A model generated the notes under the pieces. It had not been told where the DNA came from, searched no databases, and worked only from the letters and a program-made list of their open reading frames with translations. A stretch of DNA of 59,497 bases from Candidatus Scatosoma sp. (GTDB lineage Bacteria; Bacillota; Clostridia; Christensenellales; Borkfalkiaceae): positions 1 to 59,497 of the forward strand of contig JAZQWZ010000032.1 in NCBI GenBank assembly GCA_045632625.1. The letters are read 5' to 3'. Shown one piece after another: positions 18,749-28,246 of this stretch (positions are counted from its first letter, which is position 1; each line of letters opens with the position of its first letter). Both the position numbers and the translations under genes were made by a program.

Positions 18749-19462
18749 ATGATTTATGCTTATTGCCGCGTTTCAACCAAACATCAACGCATCGCCCGTC
18801 AAATTACCAATATCACCGAACTTTATCCTAACGCTACGATTATTCGCGAGTTCTATACTGGAACCACTCAAAGTCGGCCGCAATGGGACAGGCTTATCTC
18901 TACAATAAAAAAAGAAGACACCATCGTATTTGATAGTGTCTCCCGTATGAGCCGTAATGCTCAAGAAGGTTATAATGATTATAAAGCCCTTTATTCTATG
19001 GGTGTCAATCTTGTTTTTCTTAACGAACCTTTAATCAATACTTCTGTATTTGATACCACCCGCAATAACCTATTAAAGATAGATATTGACACTGGAAATG
19101 AAGCCGTTAATTGCTTCTTTAAAAGCAATATTGAATCGATCAATGATTTCCTTATGGCTCTAGCAGAAGAACAAATTAAGGCTGCTTTTAATCAATCTGA
19201 AAAAGAAGTAACAGACCTTCATTCTAGAATTTCTCAAGGCATCCGCGAAGCCAAACGAAATGGCACACAAATCGGTCTCATTAAAGGAACCGAACTTACC
19301 ACAAAGAAATCAATTGAATGCAAAGCTATCATTAAGAAACACGCCAAAGACTTCGGCGGAACTTTAGACGATCCCGACGTTATCAAACTCTGCGGTTGCT
19401 CTAGAAATTCTTATTATAAATATAAACAAAACCTAAAATCCATACCAACCGAATCACACTAA
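18749..19462 (+). CDS. Small serine recombinase (resolvase/invertase family)
   Basis: MIYAYCRVSTKHQ (nucleophile Ser), ..DTIVFDSVSRMSRN.., and a C-terminal HTH-like tail. Confidence 0.85.
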   Translation: MIYAYCRVSTKHQRIARQITNITELYPNATIIREFYTGTTQSRPQWDRLISTIKKEDTIVFDSVSRMSRNAQEGYNDYKALYSMGVNLVFLNEPLINTSVFDTTRNNLLKIDIDTGNEAVNCFFKSNIESINDFLMALAEEQIKAAFNQSEKEVTDLHSRISQGIREAKRNGTQIGLIKGTELTTKKSIECKAIIKKHAKDFGGTLDDPDVIKLCGCSRNSYYKYKQNLKSIPTESH

Positions 19463-19477
19463 TTTGTTTATTGGTTA

Positions 19478-19777
19478 TTATTGAAATTTTATATTGCGAA
19501 GTAGAAGCAGTTCTGATGCATACGTATTAACTTCACCTATGGTTAACCCCATAGAATTAGTTCCTACTTTCTGCATTTTACAAATTTCTTTCAACCACAA
19601 CCTACAAAAACTATTATACTTAATAATTGTTTTGTTTCTATCATCTTTGGTTTTTACACCTTGCCATCTTAGTTCTTTAGAGTCTTTATTTATACAATAC
19701 AAATAACAAACATAGTATGAGGCACCAATTTTCCTTAAATGATTGCCTCCAGCAAAATTATAATCGTGCTTTTTCAT
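19478..19777 (-). CDS. Hypothetical protein
   Basis: 99-aa ORF with an AGGAGA RBS. Confidence 0.45.
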   Translation of the reverse strand: MKKHDYNFAGGNHLRKIGASYYVCYLYCINKDSKELRWQGVKTKDDRNKTIIKYNSFCRLWLKEICKMQKVGTNSMGLTIGEVNTYASELLLLRNIKFQ

Positions 19778-19859
19778 TTTTTCTCCTTTGTGTTTTATTT
19801 TTCAGTAAATAGGCAGGGCAGGTATAAGCCGAGCCTATTTACTGAGTTTGTTTTGTTAT

Positions 19860-22800
19860 TTAATTACCAGTATAGTTATAGATAATAGTGTATGAACCCA
19901 CCCTATAATTCCAATCATCTTCTTTTTTAATCGCTGACCACTGTAATGATGTTCCACGATATTTTATACAAGTCAAGCTAGAACACCAAGAGAACGCCAT
20001 ATAACCGATACTCGTGACACTGTCACCGATTAGCACACTCGTCAAACTACTGCAATCACTGAACGCATAGTTACCGATACGCGTTACACTGTCAGGAATT
20101 ACCACGCTCGTCAAACTACTACAATAATAGAACGCAAACCGATAGATTTGTGTAACATAAGCTGGCAACATTAAATCTGTTTCACTTCCCGTATAACATA
20201 TCAATATCTTTTCGTTTCCGTCCGTGTAAATGATATAACCATTGTCATTAGAAAGTTTACTTTCAGCACTTAAGGACGTATAAATATCTTTTGCATAGTA
20301 GCCCACATAACCGTACGATTTACTTTCTTTTGCAATATTTAAAGAAGATTTGTTAAACACTTCTACTAATTTGTAGCAATATTCGAACGCAGCGACACCA
20401 ATTGTCGTTACTTTATCACCGATGACTACACTCGTCAATCTCCCGCAAGAATGGAACGCATCAGCCCCAATCGAGATTACACTGTCGGGAATAATCACTG
20501 AAGTAATGTTATCATTATAAGCAAATGCATCTTTGTAAATGCTTGTTACAGGTAACCCCCAATAGGTGGAAGGAATAATGATATCGATATCCGTACATAC
20601 ACCAATACCCATTAAAGAATAGGAAACGCCGTCATTGTTAAGCTTATATTCCAATCCTTGAGATGCCATAGGTCCTTCGGGGTTGTCAAGCTCTTCTGCA
20701 ATTCCCCAAATTTTAATTTCACCATTAGAGTTATAGTGCCAATAATTGCCACTTGTCGTAGGTTCGCTTTCGCTGTAATAATAATAGACTGCGCTGGTTA
20801 ATGTGAAATTATCAGACCCAATTGAAATTTTTGCCCAATCTTCCATCGTACCTTGGTAATAAACGTTCGTCAAATTCTCACAACAATCGAATGCTCTTTC
20901 GTCAATCGAAGTTACACTTTTTCCAATGAATACACTTGTTAAGTTACAACAAGCAGAGAAGGCATTATCACATATTGTAGTTACGCCATTACCAATAACT
21001 ACACTTGTCAAATTGCTGCTAGAAGAGAATGCCATACTACCAATCAAAGTTACATTGTCGGGAATAATCACACTCGTCAAACTGGGGCAACAATCGAACG
21101 CAGCATGGCCAATCGAAATCACACCGTTACCAATAACTACACTTGTCAATCCTTCACACCACCCAAAGGCTTTATTCCCAATCGAGGTTACACTGTCAGG
21201 AATTATTATACTCGTTAAGCTACTGCAATCAAGGAACGCCCCAATACCAATCGAAATTACACCGTCACCAAATTCAAAACTCGTCAAGCTACTGCACTTT
21301 CTAAACGCAGTATCCCCAATCGAGGTTATACTGTCCGGGATGTTTACACTCGTTAAGCTACTGCATTCATAGAAGGCACTATTACCGATTGAAGTTACAG
21401 GCTTTTCTTTATAGGTGGACGGTATAATAATATGCTTATCCGTACATTCTCCAATGCCTGTTACAGAGTATGTGTTGTCGTTGTTAAGCGTGTATGCCAA
21501 GCCTAGACTATAGCGATTTTTAAATTCTTCTTCATCCCATACATTGATTGCGCCGCTTTCGTCATAATACCAATAATTTCCATCAAATGCTGTGCATTCG
21601 CTATTTGGAGCAGGTTGTTCTTCGCTGTAATAATAGAGTTTTCCGTTTCCTATATTACCAATCGCAACTTTTGCCCATTCTTCTACTGTGCCTTTATAAT
21701 ATACACTCGTTAATCTAGGACAATTGTCAAACGCAGATGCGTATATCTTTTCTACACCATCAACTATTACTACACTCTTTACGTTAACACAATAAGAGAG
21801 TGCCCCTTGCTCTATTGTTGTAATGTAAGAAGGTAATATTAAATCCGTTTCTTGCCCGACATATCCAACCAAAATCTTTTCTTCGCCATTCGTATAGATA
21901 ATATACCCATTGTCGTTAAAAAGTTTGCTTTCAAACACATCTTCGCTGTTATAAACAAACAAAGCATAGTGCCCCACCGCACCATTGTTCTCGCTTCCCT
22001 TTTCTACCATTATATACGGCGACTTATTCACCACTTCTATTAGGTTATCGCAATAAGAGAACGCTCCTTCGCCAATCGAAGTTACACTTTTGCCAATTAT
22101 AACGCTCGCCAACTTCTCGCAACTATCGAATGCGTAATTGCCAATTGTGGTTACACCATCGCCAATTACTACTATCGTCAACCCATAACTGAAACAGAAT
22201 GCATCATCACCAATCGAAGTTACACTGTCGGGGATTTCTATACTCGTTAAGCTATAGCACCATTTAAACGCCGCTTTACCAATCGACACTATACCGTCTT
22301 GCATAATAACATTTGTTAAACAGGTACAACCAGCAAAGGCAGAAGATCCGATAGAAGTTACACCATTACCGATAGTCACACTTGTCAAGCCTTCCCAATT
22401 AAGGAACGCAGAAGAACCGATAGATGTTGCACAATCGGGTATAGTAATGTCTGTAACTGTTTTATCTTTTATGCCCGTAATTATACAAGTAGTTTCTGTA
22501 GAAGTAAAGTTGAAAAGGCTCATCTCTTCTCTTAACGCAAACTTTGCCGTATAAGTAACGTTCTTCTCTGCATTAAACCTAAACTCTTCGTTTTCGCAGA
22601 CAAGTATCTCGCCTTCATACCAGCCAAGCCAAGTGTACCCCATGTTAGTTGTTGCAGTCAGTGTAAAATCTTTGCCATAACGATAATTTCCATTTACTTG
22701 CGTACTTACGCCAGCTTTTGAATTGTTATTATTTGCATCAATTTTATAACTAACGCGAGTATAATATACACTTAAAACTTGGCTACCGTCACCATTGATA

Positions 22801-25544
22801 TTGCCACTTACTAAACCCATGCTTGCATTATAAGTAAAGTGTGCATAACGTTCAGTTTCGCCGTAAGCCATCGTATCCGTTTCACCTTCAAGCACTACGG
22901 TTTCGTGTGACGTATAGTTATCATCATCAATGTTTTGCAAATAATAGATAACTGTATATTTCGTGTCAGTATTAGCAGTCCATTTAGCATAATAAACCTT
23001 ATCGCCATAAGAACCAATTTCGATTTTTGTTACTTGGTTTTTAAACGTTTCTTCTAAATACCAACCATTAAACGTATATCCATCACGAGTAGGTGTAATT
23101 AAATCAAACGTTAACGTTTCAATATTATAAGTATAGGTCGTTACTTTTTCTGCATATCCGTAATTATAAGTTACAGTATAGTTTGCAGGTGTCCATTTTG
23201 CATAAACTTTAACATCACCAAAAGAACCAAGAGTGATTTCCGTCACTTGGTTTTTAAATGTTTCTTCAATAAACCAACCATTAAAGCTATAACCTGTTTT
23301 AGTAGGCGTTTTCAAGGCAAACGTTGCCGTTTCAATAGTGTAAGTTGCAACGTTATCTTTATTATTTACGCCACCGTTCAATTCGTATTCAATATTGTAT
23401 ACGTTGGTAGACCATTTTGCGGTTAAAGTAATTGTTTCACAAACGTTAAAGGTGTATGATAACTCGTTATAAACCTTTGTTTCGCCATTAAACCAACCAA
23501 GGAAAGTGTAGCCGTCGTTTGTAGTTGCAGTTAATGTAATTTGCTTATCAAACTTATATGTGCCACCACTTGTAATAGTGCCTGCTTTTGTGTTGTTTTT
23601 ATTTGTAGTAATAGTATAGTTATCACGCGTATAGTAAACCTTTAACACCAAGTCTCCTTTACCGTCAATATTACCACTTAATTCACTCATTGAAGAATTA
23701 AGGGTAAAGTGTTCAATGGTTTCTGGTGTTATAGATGCAGTCTTATCAGTTGTACCTACTGTTTGGTAGCTACGTGTATTATCTAACGTGTAATTGTTAT
23801 TAGAAAGGTTTTGCAAGTAGTATTCTACAACGTATTTTGTATTGGTATTTGCAGACCACGTAGCAGTTATTGTTGTATTGGCGATAATAGGGGTAGCAAA
23901 ATCATAATCCCAAGAATTAAAGGTATAACCAGTTCTCGTAGTGGTAGGCTCAGTTGCAAGATAACCTTCTTCAACGTATTGTGTTTCTACACTCGTACCA
24001 CCATCGGTGTCAAAGGAAACCGTATACATATGATTGCGGTAAATGTTGACGGTATAAGTGGTAACGGTTTTATCAGGATTCTCTACGTGAATATAGAGAA
24101 TGTTGTCGCCCTCGGTTAAGGTTGCTTTTTTGGTAATAATCGTGTGCTCACCATTGGCGTCAGAGCTCAAAACCCACGTGTCGCTATTCGTCACAGAAAT
24201 ATCGTTTGCAAAATTAAACTCAATTGTTGCATATGGAAATTTTCCGCTGATATTTGTTCCATTCACAGTAAGTGCTCCGGAAGAAATTTCAGCCTTGGAA
24301 GGTTTCACAGGAATAATCTCTTGTTCTACAATTACAAAACCGCAAACGCCACAATGCGAACCCTCGGTAAGTCCAGTTTTGGTAAACGTAGGTTCAACTC
24401 GCGCATCCGTTACTGGGGTATGAGTTTCTTTTTTCGCAATCTCTTTTTGATTTCTGCTCAGTTCATCACCGCACGCAGAGCAATAAACTACTTCATCATA
24501 AGAGCCGACTTCATTGCAAGTGGAATCAACCTCATTTTCACGCTCGGTACGCGTAGTGGTATGCTCACACTCGTTATCAATTACCACAACGATACATTGA
24601 GCCATTTTCGCGCCATCTTCTGTAACAGCATATACGATAGCGTTTCCGTCACCAATTGCCGTAATAACACCATTATCGTCAACTGTAACAACAGAAGAAC
24701 TAGAAACCGTCCACATAACGTTTTTATTGGTTGCATCAGTTGGTGTGATAGTAGCAATCAAGGTTTTGACTTCGCCAACCATCATAGCAATTGAAGTGTA
24801 GTTTAAAGTAATGCCCGTTACCGCGATGCCACGTTCATATTGACAAGTATCGCAAATGTTATCCGTTCCGTAATCGTGTTCTATCTTAGGGGAAATCTCA
24901 CTCGTATGCTCGCAATTAGCTTTATGCCAATGGTATTTTGCATCTTTTTCCCAAACCTCTGAATAACTATGCCCAAGTGCTTCACCAGTAATTACGCTAC
25001 CTACCGCTGTGTTTTGTGTCAAAAACGCAGTATTTTCAAACGTGGCTTGATAATGCCCCGTTTCTGCTATATCACAAGTTGCATCGGAATCTTTTACATA
25101 CGTTGCAGTAACCGTTTCGATTTCTTTATGTGTGTTATCGTGAGAACAAATTCTTTCCGCCGTACATTGATTTTCATTCCAAATATACGTTACCAACCCA
25201 TATTCATGGTCTAATGCAGAGTTTTCGTCCGTTCTTGTATCTTTTTCTTCACAACCTTGACGAGAACAAGTCGCTGTTTCCGTACCATTTTCCGTACAGG
25301 TTGCATCACCATTAGGAATATAGTTTTGAAAATCGTGTCCAAGGGCGTCGACATACGTATCGACATAGCTATCGTTACAAGCACAAGTATGCGTAGTAAA
25401 GCCCTGTTCCGTACAAGTAGGCGCAGTGATTGTTTCGGTATAACCATGCTTATGCTCTTCTTTACAAGCCGTAAAAAACGTTGCACTTGCCAAACAAACG
25501 CAAAGCCCTGTTAAGGTAGATATTAAAAATTTCCGTTTCTTCAT
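19860..25544 (-). CDS. Giant surface lipoprotein (1,894 aa) with Cys-rich repeats, a Big_2-like Ig domain, Listeria-Bacteroides (InlB B-type) repeats and BspA-type leucine-rich repeats
   Basis: The start is trimmed to MKKRKFLISTLTGLCVCLASATFFTAC (signal peptide plus lipobox-like Cys). It has recurring ..GYTFNGW(F/Y).. repeat units and many (I/V)xIPDSVTSIGxxAFxxCxxLTSVxI LRR units in three blocks. Confidence 0.85.
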   Translation of the reverse strand: MKKRKFLISTLTGLCVCLASATFFTACKEEHKHGYTETITAPTCTEQGFTTHTCACNDSYVDTYVDALGHDFQNYIPNGDATCTENGTETATCSRQGCEEKDTRTDENSALDHEYGLVTYIWNENQCTAERICSHDNTHKEIETVTATYVKDSDATCDIAETGHYQATFENTAFLTQNTAVGSVITGEALGHSYSEVWEKDAKYHWHKANCEHTSEISPKIEHDYGTDNICDTCQYERGIAVTGITLNYTSIAMMVGEVKTLIATITPTDATNKNVMWTVSSSSVVTVDDNGVITAIGDGNAIVYAVTEDGAKMAQCIVVVIDNECEHTTTRTERENEVDSTCNEVGSYDEVVYCSACGDELSRNQKEIAKKETHTPVTDARVEPTFTKTGLTEGSHCGVCGFVIVEQEIIPVKPSKAEISSGALTVNGTNISGKFPYATIEFNFANDISVTNSDTWVLSSDANGEHTIITKKATLTEGDNILYIHVENPDKTVTTYTVNIYRNHMYTVSFDTDGGTSVETQYVEEGYLATEPTTTRTGYTFNSWDYDFATPIIANTTITATWSANTNTKYVVEYYLQNLSNNNYTLDNTRSYQTVGTTDKTASITPETIEHFTLNSSMSELSGNIDGKGDLVLKVYYTRDNYTITTNKNNTKAGTITSGGTYKFDKQITLTATTNDGYTFLGWFNGETKVYNELSYTFNVCETITLTAKWSTNVYNIEYELNGGVNNKDNVATYTIETATFALKTPTKTGYSFNGWFIEETFKNQVTEITLGSFGDVKVYAKWTPANYTVTYNYGYAEKVTTYTYNIETLTFDLITPTRDGYTFNGWYLEETFKNQVTKIEIGSYGDKVYYAKWTANTDTKYTVIYYLQNIDDDNYTSHETVVLEGETDTMAYGETERYAHFTYNASMGLVSGNINGDGSQVLSVYYTRVSYKIDANNNNSKAGVSTQVNGNYRYGKDFTLTATTNMGYTWLGWYEGEILVCENEEFRFNAEKNVTYTAKFALREEMSLFNFTSTETTCIITGIKDKTVTDITIPDCATSIGSSAFLNWEGLTSVTIGNGVTSIGSSAFAGCTCLTNVIMQDGIVSIGKAAFKWCYSLTSIEIPDSVTSIGDDAFCFSYGLTIVVIGDGVTTIGNYAFDSCEKLASVIIGKSVTSIGEGAFSYCDNLIEVVNKSPYIMVEKGSENNGAVGHYALFVYNSEDVFESKLFNDNGYIIYTNGEEKILVGYVGQETDLILPSYITTIEQGALSYCVNVKSVVIVDGVEKIYASAFDNCPRLTSVYYKGTVEEWAKVAIGNIGNGKLYYYSEEQPAPNSECTAFDGNYWYYDESGAINVWDEEEFKNRYSLGLAYTLNNDNTYSVTGIGECTDKHIIIPSTYKEKPVTSIGNSAFYECSSLTSVNIPDSITSIGDTAFRKCSSLTSFEFGDGVISIGIGAFLDCSSLTSIIIPDSVTSIGNKAFGWCEGLTSVVIGNGVISIGHAAFDCCPSLTSVIIPDNVTLIGSMAFSSSSNLTSVVIGNGVTTICDNAFSACCNLTSVFIGKSVTSIDERAFDCCENLTNVYYQGTMEDWAKISIGSDNFTLTSAVYYYYSESEPTTSGNYWHYNSNGEIKIWGIAEELDNPEGPMASQGLEYKLNNDGVSYSLMGIGVCTDIDIIIPSTYWGLPVTSIYKDAFAYNDNITSVIIPDSVISIGADAFHSCGRLTSVVIGDKVTTIGVAAFEYCYKLVEVFNKSSLNIAKESKSYGYVGYYAKDIYTSLSAESKLSNDNGYIIYTDGNEKILICYTGSETDLMLPAYVTQIYRFAFYYCSSLTSVVIPDSVTRIGNYAFSDCSSLTSVLIGDSVTSIGYMAFSWCSSLTCIKYRGTSLQWSAIKKEDDWNYRVGSYTIIYNYTGN

Positions 25545-25558
25545 AAGAATCACCTCTA

Positions 25559-25593
25559 AAAAATAAAAAGTGCGGCTACCGAAGTAACCGCAC
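25559..25593 (-). terminator. Intrinsic-terminator-like hairpin inside the 5' leader of the giant lipoprotein gene (attenuator candidate)
   Basis: On the minus strand, gtgcggttac-ttcg-gtagccgcac is followed by tttttatttttt and ends ~15 nt before the GAGGTG RBS. Confidence 0.45.
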
Positions 25594-25792
25594 AAAAAAC
25601 GCAAACTCCGATAGTCGCCAAACCAATCCTTATGTAACGTAGCGTATAAAACGCCCTATTCTTATGTGGATAAGGAATTTGCATTTTTATCAAATTCGAA
25701 CACATAAGAATGTTAAAAAGAGTATAGTACCCCCTTTCCTCAAAAAGGTTGCGTTCTATACGTTACAAATATTGAATTGATTTGGCAACTCT

Positions 25793-25821
25793 AGTATATC
25801 ATAAATGATATACTTCGTCAA
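25793..25821 (-). promoter_or_regulatory. Sigma-A-type promoter candidate for the giant lipoprotein gene
   Basis: On the minus strand: TTGACG (25821-25816), a 17-nt spacer, then TATACT (25798-25793). This implies a ~240-nt leader. Confidence 0.5.
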
Positions 25822-26023
25822 GCAATTGGAATTATTTGTAATAAAACAACTGTCCCTTCCACAATTTACAAAGCTTTTCCGTAGCCGTTTTCAGCATACA
25901 AAAAAAGCCGTTTGTGAAATACCCACGAACGACTTGCATTATATAAGACCAATCAACCAAAAAAGTGGACGCCAAAATGAACACCAAAACGGCAATAAAT
26001 TGCCCAAAAATCCATTTTTTAAC

Positions 26024-26151
26024 GCATAAACACGTCAAATATACAAAAAAATCGGGCATTTATGCGTTTATTTTGCATAATTACCCGATTTTGGTGCGGT
26101 CGACAGGAATTGAACCCAAGTAACAATCGCGGAAACCCTTTATTTATAAGG
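26024..26151 (-). repeat. att-like pseudo-tRNA block, copy 2 (left border of element B)
   Basis: The 91-bp segment 26024-26114 nearly matches 37763-37853 (about 3 mismatches) and ends in the 23-mer (26092-26114). N22 follows, then the 15-mer core (26137-26151). Confidence 0.8.
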
Positions 26152-26285
26152 GATTCAGGCACTTCTTGCCCAAACATACACCAATTTGATTTGATTTCGT
26201 TATGTGGAAAGTATACTATGAATAAAGCGGTTTATGGCTTACTGAATTATTTTTCAGTAAAACTTTATTCAAAGACTTTTTCCAA

Positions 26286-27710
26286 TTATGCTTTTATAAA
26301 CCTTTGATAAGCACTCTTTGGCTTATCGGGAATTGTTAATTTCAATTTGCCAGAATCAAGCAAAGGCTGTACGATTTGTGACATCACATAGTTTTTCGAT
26401 TTACCAACAAACGCAGTCAATTCATCTCTGGAACGAGGAATGGCACAAAATTCTACGATGGATTCGGAAATAGACATATTATTCAAGTAATAGCTATTTT
26501 TCATTACAACCTTAAATTCGCCGTGTAAAACAGAGAATACGGGAGCAGGTAAACTAGCATCTAAAAACTCCTTACGCATAGTAGGAATACCCGAATAACG
26601 ATTTTCCGTTACCTTTAATAATTCCAGCATATTTGCAAGAGCTGCGTTGCGCGTTTCGGGGTGTACTTTACCAAGAGCGTCAATAGTAATTTTACCATAT
26701 AAACCACCGCTATTGGTAATTTCCATTCTATCACGGTACATTTCAATTCTAATGGGAACATTTTCCGTATGCTTGCTATAATCTCTATGCACGAGCGCAT
26801 TTAAAATCGCTTCGCGGACGGCTTTAATAGGATATTCAGGTTTATCAACTCGACGGCCGTTTTCATCAATTATTGTTTTAATTCTACTATTTTTTCGAAC
26901 AAATTCGACAGCTTCTTCCAACATATCAGGAATAGCCCCTGTAATACGTTTATTGTCAATAAAGCGCTCACCTTCGCTACCAACCGTACCGTGTTCAACC
27001 CCAGGTAAGCATACCGCGGTAATGCACAGTTGAGGGAAATAGGTTTGTGGATATTTTGAAAACGTCATCACGCCCGCAAGGGTAGGCGTTCCGTTTTTCG
27101 TGATAGCCATCAACTCTAAAATTTCATTTTCGGATACGCTGTTGGCTAAATTCTTTCTTTCAATCTTTACAGCAGTTAAATATGCATCCAATCTTTGTAA
27201 ATCAAATAATTGAATTCCAGCTTCTTCTACAACGCGAATATCATCACGCGTTCTTTTTCTAAAAGCGTCATAGCTATAGATTTCATATTCACTCATCAAC
27301 TCGTCAGATTCTCCAACGCGAATATACGAGCCTTTAATTCTACCGACGCCTTTATAAAAAACAGGACGTTCGGATATATCAATCGCTGGTATTTCCGCAG
27401 AAACTATCAATTTACCGTCGATATCGCAAACAGTAAAAAGGGCTCTTACCGCAGGCTCCATTTGCTTGCATTGTTCGGTTACTTTTTTTTGTAGATCTTG
27501 CGCATCATAAACGCCTTTTATTGTGTAACCATCCGTTTCATCTATCCCAAATATGATAATACCACCTTCATCTTGATTAGAAAACGAAGATAACGTATCA
27601 AAAAGTTTTGTAGGGCAGCCTTGCGCCGCCGTTTTTAATTCGATGCTTTGCGTTTCTGTTTTTTGATGTTGTATTTCATACACTAATTTTTTTAAATCTT
27701 CGGCTTGCAT
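26286..27710 (-). CDS. Schlafen/AlbA_2-domain ATP-binding protein (AlbA_2 + HATPase_c_4-like + C-terminal wHTH)
   Basis: N-terminal ..TETQSIELKTAAQGCP..EGGIIIFGIDE.. matches the AlbA_2 pattern. This 474-aa architecture is commonly annotated as a putative DNA-binding/ATP-binding protein. Confidence 0.6.
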   Translation of the reverse strand: MQAEDLKKLVYEIQHQKTETQSIELKTAAQGCPTKLFDTLSSFSNQDEGGIIIFGIDETDGYTIKGVYDAQDLQKKVTEQCKQMEPAVRALFTVCDIDGKLIVSAEIPAIDISERPVFYKGVGRIKGSYIRVGESDELMSEYEIYSYDAFRKRTRDDIRVVEEAGIQLFDLQRLDAYLTAVKIERKNLANSVSENEILELMAITKNGTPTLAGVMTFSKYPQTYFPQLCITAVCLPGVEHGTVGSEGERFIDNKRITGAIPDMLEEAVEFVRKNSRIKTIIDENGRRVDKPEYPIKAVREAILNALVHRDYSKHTENVPIRIEMYRDRMEITNSGGLYGKITIDALGKVHPETRNAALANMLELLKVTENRYSGIPTMRKEFLDASLPAPVFSVLHGEFKVVMKNSYYLNNMSISESIVEFCAIPRSRDELTAFVGKSKNYVMSQIVQPLLDSGKLKLTIPDKPKSAYQRFIKA

Positions 27711-27782
27711 AACAACACCTCCTTGTCCAATTATATGTGAATTATAGCAAATAAATAATATTTTGTCAATACAATTTTATAA

Positions 27783-27873
27783 GAATTAACGATATTTATA
27801 AAAAATTAACGATAAAAATAGAAGAATTAACGATTTTATAAAAAGAATTAACACTAAAATAGAAGAATTAACG
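27783..27873. repeat. Iteron-like array: five (a/g)aattaac(g/a)(a/c) repeats at 20-21-bp spacing
   Basis: The copies are gaattaacga at 27783, aaattaacga at 27803, gaattaacga at 27824, gaattaacac at 27845 and gaattaacga at 27864. Confidence 0.75.
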
Positions 27874-28051
27874 ATGATAATCTAAAATTTAACTTCTATA
27901 TTTAAAGTTATTCGGCTAATTCTATAAAAATTTTTACTCGGTTAAATCCGACTAATCTAATTCCGAGTAAAACAAATTAAAAATGGCTGCAAAGTTGCCT
28001 GTAAATAGAAGAAAAAATCACTCAAAAAAATTCAATTTTTTCTATTTGAGA

Positions 28052-28118
28052 TTGGGGTGTGCCCTTACATGTATACAAGCGGCGGCGCGTTGCGCCGCCG
28101 TGTAAGGGCACACCCCAA
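28052..28118. other. Nested GC-rich palindrome (18-bp outer arms plus 9-bp inner hairpin)
   Basis: ttggggtgtgcccttaca (28052-28069) pairs with tgtaagggcacaccccaa (28101-28118). The inner hairpin is cggcggcgc-gtt-gcgccgccg (28080-28100). Confidence 0.8.
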
Positions 28119-28150
28119 CAAACTTAACTAAATCGGTCAAAAGAATTGAA

Positions 28151-28213
28151 ACGGCAAAGGAACGCCCATCGCCGCTGATCCGCTTGGCGATTGGGCGTTA
28201 TTCCATTTTGCCG
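28151..28213 (-). terminator. Long imperfect hairpin just downstream of the Rep stop (terminator or origin element)
   Basis: acggcaaa..aacgcccatcgcc (28151-28173) pairs with ggcgattgggcgtt..ttttgccgt (28187-28213). Confidence 0.35.
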
Positions 28214-28246
28214 TGATTTTTCAATAACGACCTTTTGGCTATCACT

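Noticed and set aside
14142-25604. Complete prophage in segment A
   Set aside because: No terminase, portal, capsid, tail or lysis genes are recognisable. Only regulatory or replication-type small genes and an integrase are present.
25633-25777. Invertible promoter (inverton) for the giant lipoprotein gene, driven by the nearby serine recombinase
   Set aside because: The inverted repeats (9 bp and 11 bp) are short. The only good promoter (25793-25821) lies outside them, so inversion would not switch it. The recombinase is 6 kb away at the other end of the gene. I kept the region only as leader structure.
9196-26023. 16-bp direct repeat aaagtggacgccaaaa (9215-9230 and 25962-25977) as precise ends of segment A
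   Set aside because: It is suggestive because both copies lie beside att blocks. However, a single exact 16-mer match in 59 kb of AT-rich DNA is not far from chance expectation, and the integrase orientation does not fit. I did not use it to define an element.
27783-27873. Short regularly spaced repeats that could be mistaken for a CRISPR array
   Set aside because: The repeat core is only ~10 nt with a ~20-bp period, and there are no 25-40-nt repeats or spacers and no cas genes. The layout fits iterons or operators.
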